From a phage, in assembly GCA_014686905.1 (NCBI GenBank), contig GCA_014686905.1_4093.1: a DNA stretch of 64,000 nucleotides; one strand, 5' to 3'. Under the pieces are notes generated by a model. It was not told the origin of the DNA. It saw nothing but the letters and a program-made list of their open reading frames with translations, and did not search any database. The translations under genes were made by a program, and so were the position numbers. Positions 1 to 9,647 of the stretch are shown here, one piece after another; the first letter of the stretch is position 1, and the number at the start of each line of letters is the position of its first letter.

Positions 1-28
1 AAAAAAAAACCAGCAACAATGTGCTGGC
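1..28 (-). terminator. Hairpin CCAGCA-N6-GCTGG followed (on the minus strand) by a U-run; likely terminator for the minus-strand genes ending at 39
   Basis: Inverted repeat at 11-28 plus A9 run at 1-9 on the + strand (T-run on the minus strand). Confidence 0.45.
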
Positions 29-38
29 TATATGAAAA

Positions 39-248
39 TTAGTGCTTCTCGTTTTGTTTTTTAATTTTTTTATTAAAAGACTTAACTAATAAGTCTCTAT
101 CTATTAATGGCATATTAAGGAGTGTTCCATAGTCAATGTTATCCATATATACAGAACATTCCATTAGTGCATTTTTGATTTCTGACTTATTCAGTTCTAT
201 CTCCTTCAGTACTTCTTGTATTTCTTCAGGAGATGACTGGAGAAGCAT
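39..248 (-). CDS. hypothetical protein (69 aa)
   Basis: ORF whose start overlaps the stop of the upstream minus-strand gene; no recognisable motif. Confidence 0.4.
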   Translation of the reverse strand: MLLQSSPEEIQEVLKEIELNKSEIKNALMECSVYMDNIDYGTLLNMPLIDRDLLVKSFNKKIKKQNEKH

Positions 249-1084
249 TACTCGAAAAAATGACTAGGATCATATTTTAGTCCATCAATTTCCCATTGAT
301 GATTACATCCATCACATTCTACTTCCATACTATGTGATACTCCAATTTCAAGTACTTCATCCATTTTTTCACGAATTAGTTTAAGTACTCCCTTCGATTG
401 TTGTCCAAGCCATTCATTAATAAATTCTTTTTCAACTACTCCATCACCATCTGGTGTTATAATTTTTGCAATAACTCCACCGATCATGTCGAAGTTAAGT
501 TGAGCCATGTTTTCAAATACTTCAGAAAATATTTTTACTTTTTCATCTTTATCAATATCAGCAGTTTCAAGAAACTTAGTCTTCTGCTGCTCACTGAACA
601 TGCGTTCAGCAAACGATGAATATTCTTTCCATGTCAGTGGTCTAAATTCTAAACGGAGTCCATTATCTAAATCAATTGATGGGATTTCTTCAAATGCTTG
701 TGCAGTTTCAAGAAGATATGATAGATTACGCTCAAATCGACCTTCTTTTTCACATTCAGGACATACAACGTTAATATCATATGTTTCTTCTTTGGAAGCA
801 ACTTTAATAGCAATAAGAAGCATTTCAACGTCATTTACATACAACTCATCAGCGTCAATTACATTAGGAACACAGTTTTCAATAACACGGGATACTGCAT
901 CTCCGTTTAGTAACATATCGGGGGTATTAAGTGTCATTTCATCACGTGCACTACGTGCACAAACTCCACATTTGACACCTTTTGGACCTAGAACTCCTTC
1001 TTTATAAGGAATAACGCCGTTTGTAACTAACTTAGTACTGATCTCTTCAATTTTAGTGTACTTAGCAAGTGGATTCATAGCCAT
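248..1084 (-). CDS. hypothetical protein with CxxC zinc-ribbon-type cysteine pairs (278 aa)
   Basis: Long ORF; motifs CGVC, CPEC and CDGC; divergent from the + strand structural block. Confidence 0.5.
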   Translation of the reverse strand: MAMNPLAKYTKIEEISTKLVTNGVIPYKEGVLGPKGVKCGVCARSARDEMTLNTPDMLLNGDAVSRVIENCVPNVIDADELYVNDVEMLLIAIKVASKEETYDINVVCPECEKEGRFERNLSYLLETAQAFEEIPSIDLDNGLRLEFRPLTWKEYSSFAERMFSEQQKTKFLETADIDKDEKVKIFSEVFENMAQLNFDMIGGVIAKIITPDGDGVVEKEFINEWLGQQSKGVLKLIREKMDEVLEIGVSHSMEVECDGCNHQWEIDGLKYDPSHFFE

Positions 1085-1214
1085 TTTATTAAATCTCCAT
1101 GTAATAAATGTGTTTTAGTATTTATAAGACCAAAAAAGATTAAATTAAACTAATTTTTATATTCTCTATAGTTTCATAAATATTTCTATAATACATCTAT
1201 TAAAAGGGAATGTT

Positions 1215-3419
1215 ATGGCTGGAAATACAAGTGATTACCTACTCCAGCAGTTGGTTAATCAAACTAAAGATAACAACGATAGTTTGAGTGCTATACGTGA
1301 GTTATTGGCTGAAAATATAAAAAATGATAGAAAGAAATCCGGTTCTAAAAGTGGAAAACGTAATGGAAGTAATTCATCAAGTACTGGAAACCGTGGCTCT
1401 CGAACAAATAACAAAGCTGATGATGGTAAAGAATTTGGAAAAATATTTAAATCATTATCATCTGAAGTATCGAATGTCGGCAAAACTATGATGAGTACGT
1501 CTGCAAACGTTAGCAATGTTGTAAACTCACTAGGAATGAGTGCATCTTCATTTGCTGGTTCATTAGCAATGATCCCAGGTCCAGTTGGTGCAGCAGCATC
1601 TGCCTTCAAATTGGTTGCTGACGCTGGTTTAGCAGTTTATAATGTGTTAAATGCACAGCTTGAAGTTTATAATAGAATAAACAGTGCTGGTGTCGCTCTA
1701 TCTGAAGGTTACGGCTCCATATTAAAAGGTGCTGGTGCATCAATGATGAGTATTGATGCATTTGGTGAAGCATTACAAACTCATAGTGCCGTTGTTGCAC
1801 AATTAGATGGTGCATATGGTGATGGTGTTTCTACATTTGGTAAATTATTGGGTACTGTGCAACAAGCACAAAATCAATTAGGTTTATATGGTGTTTCACA
1901 AAAAACATTAACTGATTTAACTGCACGTAATATTAAATTCCAAAAGCAATTTGGTGGAAGAGAAATGTTACGTAGTATGGATCAAGCAAAAAGTACTGAA
2001 CAGTTTATCATGAGCATGACTAAGTTCAGTAAAAGCATGGGTGAGTCAGTTGATGCACTATTAAATAAAACACAAAACTTAGATAAATCATTAGACACAC
2101 GTTCAATGCAAATCGCATTACAAAACTATTCTGGATTATCTAGTAAAGCAGCAGTTGCAACATCAAAAGCATTTAACGAAGCGGCTGCCAGTATGGGTGA
2201 TGCTGGTGCAGATTTTCTACGTTTAATTTCACATCGTTTAACTATTGGTGGAGTACCAGATGATTTATTGACTCCAGTACTGAACCAATTTGCTGATTTA
2301 GGTGAGAACTTGGTACGTAGTGGTGTTACTGATTCACAAGAAATTCGCCGTCAACAATTGGAATTTGTTAAAAAGAACAAAGAACTAATAAAGCAAGATT
2401 TATTAAATCAGATACAATTAGGAAACACTACAGCAGCAACCTTCAACCAACAGCTACTTGATATGGAAGCTGCGATTAATGATCCTAAGAGTCAACCAGC
2501 AGATAAACTAACACAATTCACGGATAGATTCAATAGATGGATTAGTAAAGAATTTACTGAACCATTTAATAAAATGTATGCAGATACACAAAATTCTATT
2601 GCGGATTACCTTACTGATATTGCAGACCGTACTGATGGTGCATGGGAATTTATCGGAGAGTTAGCACTTGATGGTTTTGGTTTGGTTCCTATTGCGAAAG
2701 ATGCAGTTGCGTATTTGGATAGGATTGGTGGTGAGTTTGAGCAGTGGTTAGAAGGGTTAGGTACTGAAATTTTTGGTAGTGGATATAATAAAGTTTCAGA
2801 AGCATTTGATAGCTTTATGAATAACCTAATGGATCTTCCTGGTAAACTTTGGGATTCTGTTAAAGGTTGGTTTGGTGGTTCAGACGACAAAGTAAAAGTA
2901 GAAAACAATTCTGTTACCGATGGTGCAGAAAAAGTTAATAATTATTTTGAAGAAAAAATGAATTCATTTGGTGATTATATTTCTAGTTCATTTGATGGTT
3001 TTTTAAAATGGAATTCAAGTAGAAACTTTAAACAACCAAAACCCCTTGATGAATCAGTTGCTGAAAAACTTATTAGTAGTGGTCTTGAAAATAAGCCAAG
3101 AGCTACTGCGAGAATTGAAAAATCTGAACATGTTGCACCATATGTAACGATAACTCCAAAAACATTTGACAAATCAGCATGGGGACCAAATGATCTACCA
3201 ATTCAAGCTGAACCGGACGATTATGAGTCCATGAAAGCGATGATAAATAGTGGTAGTAGTATGGCAAATGCTAATAATAATGCCACAATATCAGAAGACA
3301 TGAAAGAGTTACTTAAAAAACTTGCTGATGTTAATGAGCAATCTCTATCTGCTGTGCAACAGACAAATAACTATCTAAGAACTATCTCTGAAAACACTCA
3401 AGGTGAGAGAAACAGTTAA
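1215..3419 (+). CDS. large Ser/Gly/Ala/Asn-rich putative virion protein (734 aa; tape-measure-like or internal head protein?)
   Basis: RBS AAAAGGGA before ATG; low-complexity N-terminus; sits immediately upstream of the portal gene; no sheath-like motifs. Confidence 0.55.
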   Translation: MAGNTSDYLLQQLVNQTKDNNDSLSAIRELLAENIKNDRKKSGSKSGKRNGSNSSSTGNRGSRTNNKADDGKEFGKIFKSLSSEVSNVGKTMMSTSANVSNVVNSLGMSASSFAGSLAMIPGPVGAAASAFKLVADAGLAVYNVLNAQLEVYNRINSAGVALSEGYGSILKGAGASMMSIDAFGEALQTHSAVVAQLDGAYGDGVSTFGKLLGTVQQAQNQLGLYGVSQKTLTDLTARNIKFQKQFGGREMLRSMDQAKSTEQFIMSMTKFSKSMGESVDALLNKTQNLDKSLDTRSMQIALQNYSGLSSKAAVATSKAFNEAAASMGDAGADFLRLISHRLTIGGVPDDLLTPVLNQFADLGENLVRSGVTDSQEIRRQQLEFVKKNKELIKQDLLNQIQLGNTTAATFNQQLLDMEAAINDPKSQPADKLTQFTDRFNRWISKEFTEPFNKMYADTQNSIADYLTDIADRTDGAWEFIGELALDGFGLVPIAKDAVAYLDRIGGEFEQWLEGLGTEIFGSGYNKVSEAFDSFMNNLMDLPGKLWDSVKGWFGGSDDKVKVENNSVTDGAEKVNNYFEEKMNSFGDYISSSFDGFLKWNSSRNFKQPKPLDESVAEKLISSGLENKPRATARIEKSEHVAPYVTITPKTFDKSAWGPNDLPIQAEPDDYESMKAMINSGSSMANANNNATISEDMKELLKKLADVNEQSLSAVQQTNNYLRTISENTQGERNS

Positions 3420-3430
3420 GGACGAAAATA

Positions 3431-5170
3431 ATGAGTTGGAAACGACATATGACAGTGGGAAGGTCTAAACTATCGACCATCCCAAATCAGTCCAGTAATA
3501 GCAATAAATCAACAGGAACGAAAACAAATTTCGCTTCCTATCTTCCTGTTGTATATAATGGATTGGCAAATCGTACTGAGCGTTATAGTCAGTATGAGCA
3601 AATGGACCAAGATCCTGAAATTAGAACTGCATTGAATATAATTGCTGACTTTTGTACTCAAAGTACTGAAGATTTTGGTTTACCATATAAAATCAAATAT
3701 AAAGATGATATTGGTGATACTGAAGTAACGACTATTGAAGATCGTTTAGATGCATGGACTGAACAAAATGATTTTAAAACACGAATGTATGAAATTGTGC
3801 GTGGTCTTCTGAAATATGGTGATCAATTTTTCATTCGAGATCCAGAAACATTCGATTGGTATTGGGTAAGTCCCAAAAATGTTGAGCAAGTATTTGTTAA
3901 CGAAGCCACTGGTAAAACACCAGTAATTTATTATATACGTGACGTATCATTAAATTTGAAAGATAAAGTTTTTAGTAACCTTCAAGTAGGATTTGATAAA
4001 ACCGCTTATCCAGGAGCTATTCCAACAACAATGGGTGGTGGTGGTTCAGTAGCTGCTGGTGGTGCATCTGGTTTTACAAGTCAAGGAAATACGGCTGACC
4101 CATTCAGTACTAACGGTCAATTAGACGTTATTCCTGTTGGTGCAGAACACGTAATTCATCTAACACTAAATACAGGACAAGATGGGGTATGGCCTTTTGG
4201 TACTAGTATACTTGAGGACGTATTTAAAGTCTATAAGCAAAAAGAACTTCTGGAAGATAGTATCATAATTTATCGTGTACAACGTGCACCTGAGCGTCGT
4301 GTATTTAAAATTGATGTTGGTGATATGCAAGCACACCAAGCGATGGCTTATGTTGAAAGATTTAAAAATGAAATCCACCAGCGTAGAATACCTTCAAACA
4401 AAGGTGGAAGTACTTCACTAATGGATGCAGCGTATAATCCATTAAGCATTTTAGAAGACTACTTTTTCCCACAAACTTCTGAAGGTCGTGGTTCAGATGT
4501 TCAAACATTACCAGGCGGTGATAACTTAGGACAAATTGATGACTTACGTTATTTCAATAATAAATTGATTCGTGGTCTTCAAATACCAGCTTCATATCTA
4601 CCACAAGGTCCAGATGATGGTGGTGTTTCATTATTTGGTGATGGTGCTACACAAGCTATGGCAAGTGAATTGCGATTCAATAATCAATGTATGCGTTATC
4701 AACGTTTAGTTGCAAAACATTTTGATGCTGAATTCAAAAGATTTATGGTTAAAAATGGATATAACATTAGTACTTCATCTTTTGAAGTTATTATGAATCC
4801 ACCTATTAACTTAGCTTCTTATCGTAAAGCTGAACTAGATGCTAAACTAATTAATACATATCTTCCTCTTAATGACTTGCCTTATATGGCAAAACAAACA
4901 ATTCTTGAAAAAATGGGCTTTTCTAAAGCTGATATTGTTAAGAATGAACAAATGTGGTTACAAGAGAATCCACAAGATGGTTCCCAACCTTCTGGTGGTG
5001 AAGAAGATTCCGCAGGATTGCAGTCTGTTGGCATTGATGCTCCAAATGATCCTGGAATGGATCTTGGTATTGATGGAGAAGGTAATTTGGAAAGTGCTGA
5101 TGCCGAATACCAAGAGCAACAGAGTGGAAGTGGTGGTTTCGACCCTAATAATTTAGGCAATTCTTTTTAA
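3431..5170 (+). CDS. 20: portal vertex protein (T4 gp20-like)
   Basis: Central region IIYRVQRAPERRV...TLPGGDN...DLRYF matches the T4 gp20 portal as recalled; RBS AAGGA; position ahead of prohead-core/protease/scaffold/MCP genes. Confidence 0.85.
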   Translation: MSWKRHMTVGRSKLSTIPNQSSNSNKSTGTKTNFASYLPVVYNGLANRTERYSQYEQMDQDPEIRTALNIIADFCTQSTEDFGLPYKIKYKDDIGDTEVTTIEDRLDAWTEQNDFKTRMYEIVRGLLKYGDQFFIRDPETFDWYWVSPKNVEQVFVNEATGKTPVIYYIRDVSLNLKDKVFSNLQVGFDKTAYPGAIPTTMGGGGSVAAGGASGFTSQGNTADPFSTNGQLDVIPVGAEHVIHLTLNTGQDGVWPFGTSILEDVFKVYKQKELLEDSIIIYRVQRAPERRVFKIDVGDMQAHQAMAYVERFKNEIHQRRIPSNKGGSTSLMDAAYNPLSILEDYFFPQTSEGRGSDVQTLPGGDNLGQIDDLRYFNNKLIRGLQIPASYLPQGPDDGGVSLFGDGATQAMASELRFNNQCMRYQRLVAKHFDAEFKRFMVKNGYNISTSSFEVIMNPPINLASYRKAELDAKLINTYLPLNDLPYMAKQTILEKMGFSKADIVKNEQMWLQENPQDGSQPSGGEEDSAGLQSVGIDAPNDPGMDLGIDGEGNLESADAEYQEQQSGSGGFDPNNLGNSF

Positions 5171-5192
5171 ACATAAATAACAATGTATAAGA

Positions 5193-5220
5193 ATGAGGGT
5201 TTATTTTTACCCTCATTTAT
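5193..5220 (+). terminator. hairpin ATGAGGGT-loop-ACCCTCAT after the portal gene
   Basis: Inverted repeat with a T-rich loop; weak T tail. Confidence 0.35.
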
Positions 5221-5243
5221 AATGCATATTTCAAGGAGATCAA

Positions 5244-5471
5244 ATGTTAAAGGACATCTTTGAATCTAGCAGTGATTCAATGTACGACCCTGAAGATGAT
5301 CAGAACGTATATAAAATTACTGATTCCAGAAAACCGAAACTAACATTACAAGTATTAAACAACTTAAGAAAGTACCGTGAATTTAAAGCACATGAAGAAC
5401 AACGCCGCAAAAATGTGGTTGCTGTTGTTTATGCCGCTGCACCAACAGGTGACGGTTCTGGGTTAATGTAA
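5244..5471 (+). CDS. small prohead core protein (gp67-like by position, 75 aa)
   Basis: RBS AAGGAG; position between portal and protease as in the T4 20-67-68-21-22-23 order; no sequence-level confirmation. Confidence 0.4.
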   Translation: MLKDIFESSSDSMYDPEDDQNVYKITDSRKPKLTLQVLNNLRKYREFKAHEEQRRKNVVAVVYAAAPTGDGSGLM

Positions 5472-5520
5472 ACCGAAAATCGCACTTTTTAAAGCTTTTA
5501 AAAAAGGCGATTTTATTCAG

Positions 5521-5539
5521 TACTAAATAATATCATACT
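5521..5539 (+). promoter_or_regulatory. conserved late-promoter/leader element copy A (TACTAAATAATATCATACT)
   Basis: Near-identical to the elements at 8285-8303 and 20975-20990 (minus strand); upstream of the acidic prohead-core gene. Confidence 0.5.
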
Positions 5540-5572
5540 TTATACGAATGTAATATATCTATGGAGGATATA

Positions 5573-6421
5573 ATGGCGAATTTAAAACTACTACAAGAAG
5601 CAATTGCGGCGTTTGCAAATGGCGAACAAGATATTGCTGATAAAAAAATGCGTAAGTATTTCGTTGAGCAAGCTCAAGAAATTAACAAACAACTAGAAGA
5701 AAGCATGGAAGATGAAGACGACGATGAAGATTGTGAAGTCGAAGTTAAAGTCAAAGATGAAGAAAAGCTTGACGAAGATTTTGATGTACAACCAGACGAA
5801 GGTCTAAATGCTGAAATCGAATACACCCTTGGTGAAGAAGATGAAAGTGCAGAAGAAGAAGTTGAATTCTCTGCTGATGCAGATGGTGACGGTGAAGACG
5901 ATGTTGACGTTGAAGTGAAAGCTGATGCTGATGTTCCTTCCGAAGACCAATGGGAATCAATCCAAGATGCTTTCCGTGGCCTACAACAAATGTTTGATGA
6001 AATCGGTGACGGTGAAGTTGATCTAGATTCTGAAGAAGAAGTAGAAGATAGCGAAGAAGAAGTTGGTGTTGACGGTGACGACGAATTTGCTGATGTTGAA
6101 TTCGGCGATGAAAAATTCGGTGAATCCTTCAAACTAGAAAAAGTTGCTCCAGTTGATAAGAAAGAAAAAGCTGGCACTCATTCCAAATCTCCAGTAGCAC
6201 CAGAAGCTAAATCTCCAGTAGCAGGAGCAGAGCCAGTTAAATTCGCTAAGAAAACTGACCAAGCCCCACTACTAGACCTAGATGATAAATCTGTTCTACC
6301 AAAAGATAGCCTAGATCTTGGTAAAAATGCTCGCGGTGAAATGAAAGATGTTAAAGCACCAAAAACTACTGCATCTAATTCTAAATCACCACTAAGCAAA
6401 GCACAACCTAAACTAAAATAA
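5573..6421 (+). CDS. highly acidic prohead core/scaffold-like protein (gp68-like by position); ORF could start at 5561
   Basis: GGAGG 5 nt before the ATG at 5573; long Asp/Glu-rich low-complexity region; synteny with T4 head genes. Confidence 0.5.
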   Translation: MANLKLLQEAIAAFANGEQDIADKKMRKYFVEQAQEINKQLEESMEDEDDDEDCEVEVKVKDEEKLDEDFDVQPDEGLNAEIEYTLGEEDESAEEEVEFSADADGDGEDDVDVEVKADADVPSEDQWESIQDAFRGLQQMFDEIGDGEVDLDSEEEVEDSEEEVGVDGDDEFADVEFGDEKFGESFKLEKVAPVDKKEKAGTHSKSPVAPEAKSPVAGAEPVKFAKKTDQAPLLDLDDKSVLPKDSLDLGKNARGEMKDVKAPKTTASNSKSPLSKAQPKLK

Positions 6422-6441
6422 ATATCTGAAAGGAGATCATT

Positions 6442-7065
6442 ATGAGTAGTATGATTCGTGAATGGTCTTCATTCAATGATTCTAAAGTTGTTTTGGAACA
6501 TCGTGATAATGGATTTGGTGGGCGTGACTGCTATCTTCGTGGTATTGCTATTCAAGCCGACCAACGAAATTTGAACGAGAGAATTTACCCTTTATCTGAA
6601 ATTACAAGGGCAGTAAATAACATGAACCAGCGTTTAGCTAAAGGTGAAAGCATTCTTGTTGAATGTGACCATCCAGAAACACTAACTATTAACCTAGACC
6701 GTGTAGCAGCAATGATTACTAAGGTTTGGATGGAAGGTGCTAATGGTATGGCAGAAATCAAACTACTTGATACTGCACATGGTCAGAATATCCGTAAAAT
6801 GCTAGAGGCTGGTGTAAAACTTGGTGTAAGTTCTCGCGGTTCCGGTAACGTTGATTATAATGGAATAGTTTCTGATTTTGAAATTATCACTATTGATATT
6901 GTTGCTCAACCTAGTGCTCCAGAAGCATACCCAACAGCGGTATTTGAATCTCTGATGAGTAAGTACGGATCACCTTGTAATAGTTCTAAAAAAATCACTG
7001 AATCTAAAAAAGTAAATAATTTAGATTCTGAAATATACGATTTTTTCAAGAAATTAAAAGGTTAA
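6442..7065 (+). CDS. 21: prohead protease (T4 gp21-like)
   Basis: Motifs NERIYPLSEITRAV and GVSSRGSGNV resemble T4 gp21 (NKRLYP..., GVSSRGLG); length 207 aa vs about 212 in T4; RBS AAAGGAG. Confidence 0.85.
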   Translation: MSSMIREWSSFNDSKVVLEHRDNGFGGRDCYLRGIAIQADQRNLNERIYPLSEITRAVNNMNQRLAKGESILVECDHPETLTINLDRVAAMITKVWMEGANGMAEIKLLDTAHGQNIRKMLEAGVKLGVSSRGSGNVDYNGIVSDFEIITIDIVAQPSAPEAYPTAVFESLMSKYGSPCNSSKKITESKKVNNLDSEIYDFFKKLKG

Positions 7066-7076
7066 CATTTTAAAAA

Positions 7077-7084
7077 TATAAATA
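7077..7084 (+). promoter_or_regulatory. T4-late-type promoter core TATAAATA upstream of the scaffold gene
   Basis: Exact TATAAATA 48 nt upstream of the ATG at 7132. Confidence 0.5.
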
Positions 7085-7107
7085 TCTGTATGTTGAAGTA
7101 CAGATAT
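7082..7107 (+). other. hairpin ATATCTGTA-N8-TACAGATAT in the scaffold-gene leader
   Basis: Perfect 9-bp inverted repeat overlapping the late promoter; no U-run after it. Confidence 0.4.
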
Positions 7108-7131
7108 TTCAGTACTTAAAGGAGAGAACGA

Positions 7132-8247
7132 ATGTCTAAATTAGAAAAGCTTCTAAAAGAATCATCTCTTTCTGATGAGGCAAAACAGCTAATTCAGGAA
7201 GCATGGAATGAAGAAAAGAATACACTAGCCGCAGAGATGCGTGAAGAAATGAAAGGCCGTTATCAGCAAGATTTGGCTGAACTAACCGAAGGTTTGAACA
7301 CGATGGTTACTCAAGTCATTGCCGAAGAAATGGGTGCTGTATATGAAGAGAAAAAACGTCTCGTTGAAGATCGTGTAACTCTACGTAAAACACTAAGCAA
7401 TTTCTCTGCGTTTTCAAACTCTGTTTTGGCTGAAGAAGTTAAACAAATGCGTAAAGAACGTAAGCATCTTCATGAATGCATGGGTAAATTCGTTAATTTT
7501 TCTAACGGTATCCTAGCAGAAGAGCTAAAAGAATTCCACACTGAAAAACGCCAACTAGTAGAAACTCGCGTTAAACTACTTGCTGAAGGTTCACGTCAAA
7601 TTGCTGAAGCTCGTAATAACTTCATCAAACGTACATCTGAAAGTGCTGCTAAATATATTGCAGAAACCACTCAGAAGAATCTATATGCGTTGAAACAAGA
7701 TCTAGTGGAAGCAAAACAAAATATGTTTGGTCGTAAAATCTTTGAAGCATTTGCTCAAGAGTTTAATGTCAAACAATTTAATGAAAACTCATTGCTACGT
7801 TCCCTAACTGAATCAATTAAATCTAAAGAAGATGAAATTGCTCAAGTTAAGCAAGAACTACATGAAACTGCTAATGCCGTTAAAGCTGCTAAAACCAAAC
7901 TACGTATTATGGAAGATGCACAAGCACGTAATGCGATTATGTCTGAACTAGTAAAACCACTAACTGCACAGCAAAAACAAATTATGGAATCCCTTCTAGC
8001 TACTTCACCTACTGAAAAGCTTAAAGAAGATTTCAGCAAGTACCATAAGTCAGTACTTAACGGTACTAAAGTAAATGAATCTGCTACCACTCGTCAAGCA
8101 GTTCAGTCTTCCGCTAAGAAAACTCTTGCAGAAGGTAAAGTAATCACTGGCAACCGTCAGGCTATTGTTGAAAGCGAAGAAATGACCGCTGACGATATGG
8201 CATTCCTAAAAGAACTAGATGTTCTTTCAGGTATCAATAAAAAATAA
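7132..8247 (+). CDS. 22: prohead scaffolding core protein (gp22-like)
   Basis: Coiled-coil-type E/K/Q/A-rich sequence; sits between protease and MCP; RBS AAAGGAGAG. Confidence 0.7.
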   Translation: MSKLEKLLKESSLSDEAKQLIQEAWNEEKNTLAAEMREEMKGRYQQDLAELTEGLNTMVTQVIAEEMGAVYEEKKRLVEDRVTLRKTLSNFSAFSNSVLAEEVKQMRKERKHLHECMGKFVNFSNGILAEELKEFHTEKRQLVETRVKLLAEGSRQIAEARNNFIKRTSESAAKYIAETTQKNLYALKQDLVEAKQNMFGRKIFEAFAQEFNVKQFNENSLLRSLTESIKSKEDEIAQVKQELHETANAVKAAKTKLRIMEDAQARNAIMSELVKPLTAQQKQIMESLLATSPTEKLKEDFSKYHKSVLNGTKVNESATTRQAVQSSAKKTLAEGKVITGNRQAIVESEEMTADDMAFLKELDVLSGINKK

Positions 8248-8284
8248 ACATTTTAAAGCATTTTAATAATCAAATTTTTCAGTT

Positions 8285-8303
8285 CTATAAATAATATCAT
8301 ACT
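8285..8303 (+). promoter_or_regulatory. late promoter TATAAATA (8286-8293) within conserved leader element copy B
   Basis: CTATAAATAATATCATACT about 40 nt upstream of the MCP start; same element at 5521 and 20975 (minus strand). Confidence 0.6.
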
Positions 8304-8338
8304 GAAAAACGAATATAACATCTTTAAGGAGATATATA

Positions 8339-9514
8339 ATGTCACAACTACTAAATGAATCCAAATGGGTAGCAGTAAAAGAGAAACTAGTTGAAGGTCT
8401 ACAGGGTACTCGTAAGTCTGTAATGGAAACTGTTCTTGATAACCATCGTAAAGTTATGCTAACTGAATCCGCAACTTCTGGTGCAACTACCGCTGGTAAC
8501 ATCGCTACTCTAAACAAAGTGATTCTACCAATTATGCGTCGTGTAATGCCAACCGTTATTGCTAACGAAATCATCGGTGTTCAACCTATGACTGGTCCAG
8601 TTGGTCAGATCCACACCCTACGTGTACAATATGCTGATAACGCACCTGGTGTAATCGCTGGTGAAGAAATGCTTTCTCCATACAAAATCGCTAAATCTTA
8701 CTCTGGTGATCTAAATGCGGATAATAGCAACCCACAAGCTGCTCCTACTAGCCAACTAGAAGGTACTATGGGTCGTCGCGTTAACATCCGTATTCTACGT
8801 GAAACTGTTGAAGCGAAATCTCGTCGTCTATCTGCACGTTGGACTGTTGAATCTGCACAAGATGCACAATCCCAACATGGTGTTGACGTTGAAGCAGAAC
8901 TAATGGCTGCAATCGCTCAAGAAGTTACCGTAGAAATCGACCAAGAGCTACTAAGCCGTCTACGTGCACTACCTGGTGCTGCTGCTGTAACTTATGACCA
9001 ATCTAAAGTTACTGGTGTTGCAACCTTCGTTGGTGATGAGCACGCTGCTCTAGCAACTCTAATTAACCGTCAAGCAAACGAAGTTGCTCGTCGTACTAAG
9101 CGTGGTGCTGCAAACTGGGCTGTTGTTTCCCCAACTGCACTAACCATTCTACAATCTGCTACTACTTCTAGCTTTGCACGTACCACTGAAGGTACTTTCG
9201 AAGCCCCAACTAACGTTAAGTTTGTAGGTACACTAAACAGCACTATGCGTATTTTTGTTGATACTTATGCAAGTGATGCAGAAGATATTCTAATTGGTTA
9301 TAAAGGTAATGCAGAAACTGATGCTGGTGTGTTCTATTGCCCATACATCCCACTAATGGCTTCCGGTACTGTAATGGACCCTAACACTGGGGAATTGGTC
9401 ACAACTTTCCTTACCAGGTATGGTTATGTACAATTGACTGATAGTACTTCTTCTCTTGGTAACGCTGCTGACTACTACAGCAAAATCGCTATCAAAAACG
9501 TTACTTTCATGTAA
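8339..9514 (+). CDS. 23: major capsid protein (T4 gp23 family)
   Basis: IIGVQPMTGPVGQIHTLRVQY, RETVEAKSRRLSARWTVESAQD and GYKGNAETDAGVFYCPYIPL align with T4 gp23 blocks (ICGVQPM..., VIEAKSRQLKA..., GYKGPNEMDAGIYYAPYV); 391 aa, shorter than T4 gp23. Confidence 0.9.
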   Translation: MSQLLNESKWVAVKEKLVEGLQGTRKSVMETVLDNHRKVMLTESATSGATTAGNIATLNKVILPIMRRVMPTVIANEIIGVQPMTGPVGQIHTLRVQYADNAPGVIAGEEMLSPYKIAKSYSGDLNADNSNPQAAPTSQLEGTMGRRVNIRILRETVEAKSRRLSARWTVESAQDAQSQHGVDVEAELMAAIAQEVTVEIDQELLSRLRALPGAAAVTYDQSKVTGVATFVGDEHAALATLINRQANEVARRTKRGAANWAVVSPTALTILQSATTSSFARTTEGTFEAPTNVKFVGTLNSTMRIFVDTYASDAEDILIGYKGNAETDAGVFYCPYIPLMASGTVMDPNTGELVTTFLTRYGYVQLTDSTSSLGNAADYYSKIAIKNVTFM

Positions 9515-9558
9515 TTGTAATCGATTTAAAAGATTTAATCAAGAAATTAAAAACAATA

Positions 9559-9588
9559 GGGACTCTTCGGAGTCCCTTTTCTTTTTTG
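9559..9588 (+). terminator. rho-independent terminator after the MCP gene
   Basis: GGGACTC-TTCG-GAGTCCC followed by TTTTCTTTTTT. Confidence 0.8.
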
Positions 9589-9590
9589 TG

Positions 9591-9619
9591 TTGACATGTC
9601 ACATTTTTTGTGTAATAAT
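9591..9619 (+). promoter_or_regulatory. sigma70-like promoter (TTGACA-N16/17-TAATAAT) for the inserted island
   Basis: TTGACA at 9591-9596 and a TA-rich -10 about 17 nt downstream. Confidence 0.45.
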
Positions 9620-9647
9620 ACGCGTACATTATAAATGAAGAAGAGAA

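Noticed and set aside
398-1007. Two + strand ORFs (398-619 and 507-1007) inside the minus-strand gene 248-1084
   Set aside because: Antisense to a longer ORF that has better coding character; Ser/Leu/Phe-rich translations typical of spurious reverse-frame ORFs in AT-rich DNA.
1085-1214. T4 late promoter in the divergent region upstream of 1215
   Set aside because: Only CATAAATA and TATAAT-like variants are present, not an exact TATAAATA; left unannotated as a promoter.
1215-3419. Tail sheath (gp18) assignment for the large gene upstream of the portal
   Set aside because: Although T4 has tail genes upstream of the portal, this protein is low-complexity and Ser/Asn/Gly-rich and shows none of the sheath blocks I can recall; left as an unassigned virion-type protein.
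5674-6399. Minus-strand ORFs (5674-6177, 5751-5960, 6178-6399) inside the acidic prohead-core gene
   Set aside because: Ser-rich antisense translation of a GA-rich, Asp/Glu-encoding low-complexity region; no RBS; the + strand gene fits the head-module synteny.
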